Shown here: one piece after another, positions 28,938 to 37,685 of the stretch | Position numbering within the stretch: position 1 is the first letter of the stretch | How the letters are laid out: each line of letters opens with the position of its first letter | Source: an uncultured Gemmatimonadaceae bacterium | Lineage (GTDB): Bacteria; Gemmatimonadota; Gemmatimonadetes; Gemmatimonadales; Gemmatimonadaceae | Reading direction: 5' to 3' | Assembly: GCA_963751275.1 (NCBI GenBank) | Contig: CAVVTZ010000001.1 | Location: forward strand, 1-50,442 | DNA length: 50,442 bases | Notes under the pieces: model-generated | What the model was told of the DNA's origin: nothing | Database searches by the model: none | The model's input: only the letters and a program-made list of their open reading frames with translations | Position numbers and translations under genes: made by a program

Positions 28938-31079
28938 GCGGTCATCTCCGGCGCCGGCCGCGCGGCGCGCGCGTCGGACGGCAGTCGAATGGTGAAGGTG
29001 GATCCCTTGCCCGGCGAACTGTCGCCCGGTCACGTCGCCGCCCATGAGACGGCAGAAGCGCCGCGTGATCGCGAGGCCGAGCCCCGTGCCGCCATAGCGG
29101 CGCGTCGTGCCGGCGTCGGCCTGCGCGAACGCTTCGAACAACCGCGACATCTGCTCGTCGGTGATCCCGATCCCGGTGTCGCGCACCTTGAAGAGCATCT
29201 CGTGCTTCGCGCGCGACACCTCGAGCGTGATCGTCCCCTTCTCGGTGAACTTCGCGGCGTTGCTCAGCAGGTTCAGCAGCATCTGCCGCAGCTTGGTGGA
29301 GTCGGTCCACATCGTGCCCGGCTTCTCGGGCACGTTCACCACGAGCTTGTTCCCGTTGCGCGCGACCAGCGGCTCGACGGTGGCGCGCACATCCTCGATG
29401 ATCGCGGCGACATCGGTCCGCTCGATCAGCAGGTCCATGCGCCCCGCCTCGATCTTCGATAGATCCAGTATGTCGTTGATGAGCGACAACAGATGCTTGC
29501 CCGCCGAGCGGATCTTCTCCAGGTCGCCGGTGCTCGCCGTGTCGCCCCGGTCGCGCGCGTCCTCCTCGAGCATCTCGCTGTAACCGATGATCGCGTTGAG
29601 CGGCGTGCGCAGCTCGTGACTCATGCTCGCCAGGAATTGGCTCTTCGCCTTGTTCGCCCCCTCGGCGTCACTCTTCGCCTTGAGCAGCTCGGTCACGTCG
29701 TGGTACAGCGCGAACACGCCAATGCGTTCGCCGTTCACCACCACCGGCACGCCGAAGAGTTCGACGTCGATGAACGTGCCGTCCTTCCGCTTGCGCTTGC
29801 CGATGCCGCGCGCCGCCTGGCTCGCGGCCATGCTCGTGTAGTTCTTCGCCTCGGCGAGCGTCTCGGGCGTCGTGATGAGCGAGTCGAGATTCTTGCCGAG
29901 CACTTCGTCGGTGGTCCAGCCGAACACGCGCTCGAAGGCGGGGTTCAGCTGCACGATGTCGTCCTTCATGTCGAGCGTGACGATCGCGACCGGGCTCGTC
30001 TCGACCACCGCCTCGAAGAATTGCTTCTGCCGGTCGGCGTTCGTGAACAACCGCGCGTTCTCGATCGCGATCGCCGCCTGCGGCGCGAAGAGTTTGAGGC
30101 GTCGCAGATCCTCTTCGTTGAACACGCGCTTGGGATCGGCGTGCACCGTGGCGATCGAGCCCACGAGCCGCTCGCCGATGAGCAACGGCGCGGCCATCAC
30201 GGAGTGGATGTTGGAATCGAGATACGCGGAAGCGCGCCCCATCCACTCGTTGTAATTGGGGATGACGATGGGCTCGAGCGTCTTCGCCACCGTGCCCATC
30301 GCACCCTCGCCGTACTTGAGGCGCGTGCTCACGAAATCGCCCTGCTGGATCTCGCTCGCGACGATCTCCATCTCGCGCGTCGCTTCGTGGTAGATCGCGA
30401 TCTGCCCGCCGGTGACGCCGAGCAGTGTCACGGCGCGGTTGAGCACGGCCTCGAGCACGCGGGGCAGGGAGAGCGCGCTCGCGAGGTCGCTCATGGAGTC
30501 GAGCAGCGCCTGCTGCTCGTCCGCACGGCGGCGTTCCTGCACGAGCAGCCGGGCGCGCGCGATCGCGATCGACGCCTGTGTCGCGGCCGCCGTGAGGATC
30601 TCGAAGTCGGGTTTCCCGAAGGCGTTCGCGTCGTGGCTCTGCACGCAGAGCACGCCCACCGGCGTGTCGTCCACCATGAGCGGCACATCCACTTCGCTGC
30701 CGCTCTTGTACGTGGCGACATACTCCGGCGCCTTCTTGACGTCGGCGGTATAGACGAGCTGCTTGGAACGCAGCGCCTTCTCGGTGAGCCCGTGCCCCGG
30801 CGCGATGCGCATGCCGACCTTCACATCCTTCCACCCCACGCAGGCGCGCAGCACGCGTTCATGCGTGTGCTCGTCGAGCAGGAACATGCCGATGAGATTG
30901 TAGCCGAGCGCGTCGTCGCGAAGACCCTCGACGACACGGCGGCAGACTTCGTCCTCATCGAGCGCCGCGGCGATCTCGGCGCTGAGTCGAAGAAGGGCGG
31001 ATTGGCGGGCGCTCGAACGGGAAGGGGCTTTCGGCACGCGTGATTCTAAGACTGGTGCACGCGCGAGGCTAGTCTCCAC
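28934..31079 (-). CDS. Cytoplasmic GAF-GAF-PAS sensor histidine kinase (indel near 29025; start uncertain)
   Basis: Two GAF domains, [43 protein letters not shown]; the shifted frame gives [13 protein letters not shown]. Confidence 0.92.
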
Positions 31080-31100
31080 CTCCTGGTGACTGGGGTGCTG

Positions 31101-31281
31101 GCACCCCGAACTCCGTACTTGGTCCCCCGAACTCCGCCATTGGCTATTAGCGTGTGGTCAGGGCTCAGTCGTACTTGGCGTTGTCGTCATACAATGCCAG
31201 CAACGCCGTCGCCCTGACCACCGCTAATGGCCAATGGCGGAGTTCGGGGGACCAAGAACGGAGTTCGGGGTACCAAGTACG
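31101..31281. repeat. Family A element with conserved core, copy A5
   Basis: ccccgaactccgtacttggtcccccgaactccgccattggc ... gccaatggcggagttcgggggaccaagaacggagttcgggg. Confidence 0.95.
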
Positions 31282-31342
31282 CCATTGCGGTTCCGGTCGT
31301 GATCACCTTTTCACGGGGAGATCCACTTCGTAAGGAGGACCG

Positions 31343-32485
31343 ATGAACCACTCTTGTCCGAAGCGCGGTCGTACCACTTTGACATTGCTGTTCTGTCTCG
31401 CCCCGCTGTCGATCGTGGTCGCGTGTGGCAGCAACCAGCCCCCGCCCGATTTGGCGCCGGATCCCGCGCTGCTCGCGCAGATCCGTGAGATCCGGATCAT
31501 CCCCGCATCCACGAGCGTCTGTCCGGGCTCGCCGATCCAGGCCTCCTATGAAGCCGTGCTCGACGATGGCACCCACGTGCCGTTCGCGCAGACGTACGAC
31601 TCGAAGCATCCGCCGCGGCTACACGTGAATTCCCTCTCGTTCTCGAGCGCCGAGGCGGTGAGGCAGGCCGACGGCAGCTGGCTATCGGACAAGGATCCGC
31701 TGCTCTCCGCCACGACCGGCTTTCGTCTGAGCGCCGCGCTCAAGGCGAAGCCGGCGATCCACGCGACGGCGACGGTGTCTCCCGACTACGGCTGTACGCC
31801 GCACGCGTTCTCGTTCGCGGGGGCAGGGGGCGGAGAGGCCCAATCGGGCGGGAACGGGCCGCCGATCACGGTGCGCGTTGGTGTGGGACGGTCGCCGTTC
31901 TACGACAAACTGCTCATCGTGGGGATCCAGGTTGGCGCGCAGGCGCCGCTCTATGAACTGTACGACGCGCGCACGATATCATCCGCGAACCGGCTGTCGA
32001 TCGAGACGCGCGGCGGCACCGGCGGCGTCGGCATCGCCGGTACGAGGGGCGCGCAGGGCCGATCCGCGCCGGAAGGATGCCCGTCCCAAGTGGGCGGGCC
32101 GGGGGACAATGGGGGGAGCGGCGGCGCGGGCGCGGCCGGAGGACCCGGCGGTGACGTGACGATCATGGTCGCCGACGGGGATCCGTCCATCGCCGGCGTC
32201 GTCGCGGCACGCAGTCCGGGCGGCGGCGGCGGACCGGGTGGCGCAGGCGGCGCCGGCGGGCTGGGCGGAAAAGGCGGGCAGGGATACGAGCCGATGGGAG
32301 GGACGAGCTGCGAGAGCGCGCGGGACGGCGAAGTTGGGTACAATGGGCCGCCCGGACGGCAAGGCGCCGAGGGGCCGGCGGGTCCGCAACCGCACATCAT
32401 GAAGGTGCCGGCGGATCAACTATTCGGGCCAGCAGCGCCGGCTGAACTGGCAGCGTTGCTGAGCGGGAATAATCCGCGAACGTGA
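31343..32485 (+). CDS. Lipoprotein with collagen-like Gly-rich C-terminal region
   Basis: AAGGAGG RBS; lipobox VVAC; Gly-X-Y runs such as GAQGRS, GPGDNGGSGGAG, GYNGPPGRQGAEGPAGP. Confidence 0.85.
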   Translation: MNHSCPKRGRTTLTLLFCLAPLSIVVACGSNQPPPDLAPDPALLAQIREIRIIPASTSVCPGSPIQASYEAVLDDGTHVPFAQTYDSKHPPRLHVNSLSFSSAEAVRQADGSWLSDKDPLLSATTGFRLSAALKAKPAIHATATVSPDYGCTPHAFSFAGAGGGEAQSGGNGPPITVRVGVGRSPFYDKLLIVGIQVGAQAPLYELYDARTISSANRLSIETRGGTGGVGIAGTRGAQGRSAPEGCPSQVGGPGDNGGSGGAGAAGGPGGDVTIMVADGDPSIAGVVAARSPGGGGGPGGAGGAGGLGGKGGQGYEPMGGTSCESARDGEVGYNGPPGRQGAEGPAGPQPHIMKVPADQLFGPAAPAELAALLSGNNPRT

Positions 32486-32490
32486 GTCGA

Positions 32491-32662
32491 ACCCCGAACT
32501 CCGTTCTTGGTCCCCCGAACTCCGCCATTGGCCATTGGCGTGTGGTCAGGGCTCAGGCGTACTTGGCGTTGTTGTGATACCATACCAGCAGCGCCGTCGC
32601 TCGTACTACACGCCAATAGCCAATGGCGGAGTTCGGGGGACCAAGAACGGAGTTCGGGGTGC
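32491..32662. repeat. Family A element with conserved core, copy A6
   Basis: Same termini and core as A5; begins 6 nt after the lipoprotein stop codon. Confidence 0.95.
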
Positions 32663-32679
32663 TACTCCCTTGTAGTCAG

Positions 32680-32766
32680 GACGTTGGACGTTAGACGGGC
32701 TGGAACATCGGAGTCTGAGTAGTCGACTGCCCTTACTCTCGACCTCCACCCGTCTACCGTCCAACG
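32680..32766. repeat. Heptamer (GACGTT(G/A)) palindrome
   Basis: gacgttggacgttagacggg ... cccgtctaccgtccaacg. Confidence 0.65.
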
Positions 32767-32776
32767 CGCAATGGCA

Positions 32777-32947
32777 TCAGTTGCAGCCCGTGTGCCCGCA
32801 GCCGCACGAGGCGCCGGTGGAGGCGGTGCCCGACTTGGCGCAGTGATCGCTGCAGAATCGCTGCTGGGGTCTCGCATTGCACTTGCAGCCCGGATGCGCG
32901 CAGCGCGTCATGGGCGCGGCTCCGGATTCGCTGGGAGGCGGGGTCAT
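32777..32947 (-). CDS. Bacterial metallothionein-like protein (56 aa)
   Basis: CAHPGCKC..FCSDHCA..CGCGHTGC: 8 Cys and 3 His in a metallothionein-like spacing; GAGG RBS. Confidence 0.8.
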   Translation of the reverse strand: MTPPPSESGAAPMTRCAHPGCKCNARPQQRFCSDHCAKSGTASTGASCGCGHTGCN

Positions 32948-32976
32948 GGTGGATCCCTCGTGGTGATCGTAAGAAC

Positions 32977-33020
32977 GCAAAAAGGCGCGGCGGGACTGTC
33001 AGAGTCCCTACGCGCCTTCG
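32977..33020 (-). terminator. Intrinsic terminator located upstream of the metallothionein gene
   Basis: Minus strand aaggcgcgtagggact-ctgac-agtcccgccgcgcc followed by TTTTT. Confidence 0.75.
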
Positions 33021-33075
33021 ATTCGCGAGTCAGCATCGCTCGCTCAGCAAGGCAGATCCTTATCCAGTTCTACTC
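32977..33075 (-). ncRNA. Candidate ~100-nt sRNA or attenuator leader
   Basis: Two small hairpins plus a terminator, preceded by a TAGGCT -10-like hexamer; no convincing ORF. Confidence 0.35.
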
Positions 33076-33107
33076 TCCAAGCCTAAGACAGTTCCCCGCG
33101 ACTGACA

Positions 33108-33280
33108 ACCCCCCGAACTCCGTACTTGGTCCCCCGAACTCCGCCATTGGCCATGAGCGTGTGGTCACGGCTCAAACGTACTTGGGATTGCCGTGATACA
33201 ATCCCAGCAACGTCGTTGCTGGTACTACACGCGAGTGGCCAATGGCGGAGTTCGGGGGACCAAGAACGGAGTTCGGGTCT
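33108..33280. repeat. Family A element with conserved core, copy A7
   Basis: Same termini and core as A5/A6; abuts the methyltransferase stop codon. Confidence 0.95.
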
Positions 33281-33284
33281 CGCC

Positions 33285-34102
33285 TCACGCCGTTGCGGTC
33301 GCGATCACGAATTCCCCCGGCACATCGTATGAGTCCCCCGACTTGAACCCCGCGATGGACTCGAGGTATTCCGCCCTCGCCGATGATTTCGTGCTGTCAT
33401 CGAAATGTGAATACGCCAGCGCCACCGGCCCCGCCACGAACGCCGCCGCGCATGCATCGCTCGCCGAGTCGTAGTGCAGCTTCGTGTTCATCCGTTCCAC
33501 GATGATGTTCGAGAATCCCGCGAGTTCGAGATTGAGCGACAGCGCATCCGCCGTGCCGAGCTGAAAGAACAACGGGCACACCTCCGACTCCACGCGCCGC
33601 TCGACGATCGGGAATATCTCCGCCCAGCCGCATTTGTCGCGCGCCCCCCACACCGCCACCGCAATGCGCCCGCCCGGCCGCAGTGCGCGCTTCATCTCTT
33701 TCAGCGCCAGCATCGGGTCGGGCACGTACATGAGCCCGAACGCGCACAGCGCCACATCGTACGCGCCGTCCTTCACCGTCATCGCCTGCGCATCCATCCG
33801 CGCCGCCGTCACCTGCGACAGCGATTGCTCCTTCGCCGCGTTGGCGACGTCCTTCACCATCTCGTCGCTCAGATCCGTCGCGAGCACCGAGCCGCTCTCG
33901 CCCACGGTGGACTCGCCGCGCGCAAGGAGACCAAGCCGGTGCCACACGCCACATCCAGCACCCGTTCGCCTCTGCGTAGTGATGCCATTTGCAGCAGCCG
34001 GTTCTGTGCCGGCTCGAGCGCCTGCGACCAGTACCGTTCGTACTCGCCCGCCGCCTTGTCCCATCCGTAGCGCTGTATGCGCAGCTGCAGATCCGCGTCC
34101 AC
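33285..34102 (-). CDS. Class I SAM-dependent methyltransferase (UbiE-like); frameshift near 33910
   Basis: GERVLDVACGTG, ATDLSDEM, MDAQ, YDVALCAFGLMY, LRPGGR. Confidence 0.9.
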
Positions 34103-34104
34103 CG

Positions 34105-34621
34105 CTACTTCCCGTTCACGCGGATCTCGCCGCTCAACGGCACCGCGCGCGAGAAATCGTCCACGTACGAACTGGTGCGCACGGCCTGCTCGAGCATCGC
34201 GCGCACGCGCGACGTCCGGCGCCGCGCTCCGCGCGTCGATCGTGTAACGCATCGCGCCATAGCCCGGCGGCACATCGTTCGCGATCCCCAACTCGCCGCG
34301 CACATCGTAATCCGCCTCCACATCCACCGTGAGCGCGTCGAGCACGATGTCCATGCGCGCCGCCCACATCCCGATCCCCAGCACGAGACAGCTCGCGAGC
34401 GCCGCGCGCCCCAGCACGCCCGGATTCGGCGCGTCGCCCGGCCCGCCGTACACCTCGGGCATGCCGACGCGGAAGGTGTGCGATCCTTCCGTCACCGTGC
34501 ACGTGAGCCCCGCGCCGAGCGTCGCGCGACTCGCCGCGGTGCCGCGCCCCTTCGACGGCCGCGCCATGACGATCTTCACATTCCGCTCGATCGCTTCCTT
34601 GATCCTCTCGCCCTCTCCCAT
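34105..34621 (-). CDS. OsmC-family protein; frameshift near 34210
   Basis: GGPGDAPNPGVLGRAALASC, LTVDVEADYDVRG..PPGY; C-terminus TSSYVDDFSRAVP. Confidence 0.82.
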
Positions 34622-34687
34622 GCGCACCTCTGTCGTTCGCTGGTGTAAAGCTGGCACCCCAATGAACGCGCGGTAAGTTGTAAGTAG

Positions 34688-34718
34688 TTCCCCGAGTCCC
34701 GAGTCCCGAATCCCGAAC
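34688..34718. repeat. Family D heptamer run
   Basis: ttccccgagtcccgagtcccgaatcccgaac. Confidence 0.7.
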
Positions 34719-34732
34719 ACGAAGAGGCTTTG

Positions 34733-37177
34733 ATGCCGCACGCCCGCATTGCTCTCGCCTTCGCATTGGCCTCTCTCGTGGGAGCCTGTCGCACCGAAAG
34801 CGCTCCCCCCGCCGCGACACAGGGCGCTTTCGTGATGGATCGCACGGTGCTCCCCATCGCGCGCCCCGTCACGCCGCACGATCACCACGCTCGACGCGCG
34901 CAACGCAACGCCCCCCGCGCCCTTCGCGGTCACCGCTCCGCAAGGGCGCACCCAACGTCGTCTACATCCTGATCGACGACATGGGCTTCGGCGCGCCGAG
35001 CACCTTCGGCGGCGCGATCCGCCATGCCCGTCCTCGATTCGCTCGCGAACGCGGGGCTCCGCTACAACCAGTTCCACACCACGGCGCTCTGCTCGTCCCA
35101 CGCGCATGGCGATCCTCACCGGCCGCAATCACCACACGGTGAACACCGGCGCCATCATGGAGATCGCCACCGCCTTCACCGGCAACACCGGCATCCGCCC
35201 TCTCGAGACCACGCCCTTCGCCGAGATCCTGCGCCAGAACGGCTACAGCACCGCGGCCTTCGGCAAGTACCACGAGACGCCGCCGTGGGAAGTCTCGGTC
35301 TCCGGCTCCTTCGACCGTTGGCCCACGCATTCCGGCTTCGACAAGTTCTACGGCTTCATCGGCGGCGAGACGAACCAGTATTCGCCGCTCCTCTTCGACG
35401 GCACCACGATGGTCGAGCCCTCGCGCGATCCCAAGTATCACGTCACCGTGGATCTCACGAACCACGCGATCCAGTGGATGCAGGCGCAGCACAGCATGAC
35501 CCCCGACAAGCCGTTCTTCGTCTACTTCGCCACCGGCGCCACGCACGCGCCGCACCAGGTTCCCAAGGAGTGGATCGCGAAATTCAAAGGCCAGTTCGAC
35601 GACGGCTGGGACGCCTACCGCGAGAAGACTCTCGCGCGCCAGATCAAGATGGGCATCGTCCCCGCCGGCACGAAGCTCGCCCCACGCCCCGAAGCGATCA
35701 AAGCCTGGAACGCGCTCAGCCCCGTCGAACGCAAAGTCTTCGCGCGCCAGATGGAAGTGTACGCCGGCTTCGCCGCACAAACCGACTACGAGATCGGCCG
35801 CCTGCTCGGCGCCCTCCACGACATGGGCGTCGCGAACAACACGCTCGTCTTCTACGAAGCGGGCGACAACGGCGCGAGCGCCGAGGGCGGACTCGCCGGC
35901 ATGCTCAACGAGATGACGGTGTTCAACGGCGTCGCCGAGGACGTCAACAACATCGCGAAGCATCTCGACGAACTCGGCGGCCCGAATTCCTTCAGCCACT
36001 TCGCCGCCGGGTGGGCCGTGGCCACCGACGCGCCCTTCGAGTGGACCAAGCAGATCGCCGGCAGCTACGGCGGCACGCAGAATCCGATGGTCATCTCGTG
36101 GCCCGCGCGCATCAAGGCGCACGGCGAGATCCGGCCGCAGTGGTCGCACGTGACCGACATCGCGCCCACCGTGCTCGAAGCGGCGAACGTCCCGCAGCCG
36201 CGCACGGTGAACGGCGTGACCCAGGCGCCGATGGACGGTTTCTCGCTCGTGTACAGCTTCGACAGTGCGAACGCGAAGTCGCGTCACAACACGCAGTACT
36301 TCGAGATCCTCGGCAATCGCGGCATCTACCACGACGGCTGGATGGCCGGCACCGTGCACCGCATGCCCTGGGAGACCGTGCCGCCGCACCCGGTGGCCGA
36401 GGATGTGTGGGAGCTGTACCACGCCGACTCCGATTTCTCGCTCTCGAACAACCTCGCCAAGCAGAATCCCGAGAAGCTCAAGGAGATGCAGGATCTCTTC
36501 ATGAGCGAGGCCGTGAAGTACCACGTGCTGCCGATCGACGACCGCAGCATCGAGCGCTTCGACGCGAGTCTCGCGGGGCGTCCCGATCTCATGGGCGGCC
36601 GCACGGACGCTGACCGTGTACCCCGGGATGCACGGGATGATGGAGAACGCGTTCATCAACGTGAAGAACCGTTCCGTTGATTTCACCGCGGAGATCGAGG
36701 TGCCGAAGGGCGGCGCCGACGGCGTGATCCTCGCGCAGGGCGGACAGTTCGGCGGCTGGAGCCTGTACGTGAAGAACAACCGCCCGGTGTACTACTACAA
36801 TTATCTGGGCCTCGAGCGGATGACGCGTGCGCGGCTCCGATCCGCTTCCCGCGGGGAAGGTCACGCTCCGCTACGCCTTCCTCTACGACGGCGGCCGCCC
36901 CGGCGCGGGCGGCACGGTGATCATCTATGTGAACGGCAAGAAGGTCGGCAGCGGCAAGATCGCGAAGACCCAGCCGTACGTGTTCTCGATGGACGACGCC
37001 ACCGACGTCGGCATGGACGAGGGAACGCCGGTGAGCACGGAATACGGGAAGTGGGACAACGGATACCGCGGCACGATCAAGTCGGTGACGGTGAAGACGA
37101 GTCAGGTGAAGTTGACGCCCGAGCAGGTGAAGGCGCTGGAGAAGTTGGAGGATGATGATGCGGTGAGTATCGACTGA
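34733..37177 (+). CDS. Arylsulfatase, lipoprotein (several frameshifts)
   Basis: APNVVYILIDDMGFG, FHTTALCS(PTR) formylglycine motif, FGKYH, ATHAPH, DNGASAEGG, TQYFE, GGQFGGWSLY. Confidence 0.92.
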
Positions 37178-37182
37178 GAGTA

Positions 37183-37269
37183 CCTAACGGCAGGCTGTGG
37201 GCTGTCGGCTGTTGCTGTACTGCCTAACGGCAGGCTGTGGGCTGTCGGCTGTTGCTGTACTGCCTAACG
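37183..37269. repeat. 40-bp direct tandem repeat (2 exact copies plus a partial) built of GGCTGT-type heptamers
   Basis: cctaacggcaggctgtgggctgtcggctgttgctgtactg starts at 37183 and 37223; partial at 37263. Confidence 0.9.
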
Positions 37270-37306
37270 ACGGCCTGCAGTGGAACGTCCGAAAGGGGAG
37301 GTCACG

Positions 37307-37570
37307 ATGGCACAATTATTCGGCGCCGCCTGTCAGTCCTGCGGCATGCCCCTCGCCAAAGATCCACTCGCCGGCGGCACCGAAGCCGGCGGCGCGAAGA
37401 GCGCGATGTACTGCAGCTACTGCTATCGCGACGGGAAGTTCGTGAGTCCCGACATGACGCTGGAGCAGATGCAGACGCTCGTCGTCGAGAAGCTCCAAGA
37501 ACAGGGAATGCCTGGTTTCGTCGCGAAATGGTTGGCGCGCGGGACGCCGAAGCTGCAGCGGTGGAGCTGA
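37307..37570 (+). CDS. Zinc-ribbon domain protein (Zn_ribbon_2-like)
   Basis: CQSCGMPL..GGTEAGGAKSAMYCSYCYRDGKF..PKLQRW; GGAGG RBS. Confidence 0.88.
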   Translation: MAQLFGAACQSCGMPLAKDPLAGGTEAGGAKSAMYCSYCYRDGKFVSPDMTLEQMQTLVVEKLQEQGMPGFVAKWLARGTPKLQRWS

Positions 37571-37685
37571 ATCCACCCCGAGGGGATCGAGATTGATGCG
37601 CAGTTGAGATTGCGTTGAGCCCAGGTGAGTACGCTCTAATCGCGTGACTTGCGCTCGGCGCTTGAATCTCTCAACTATGGGAACC

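Noticed and set aside
28557..31079. Hybrid histidine kinase with fused receiver (840-aa ORF)
   Set aside because: The G2-box tail [13 protein letters not shown] lies in another frame ending at a TGA that overlaps the receiver ATG, so these are two genes.
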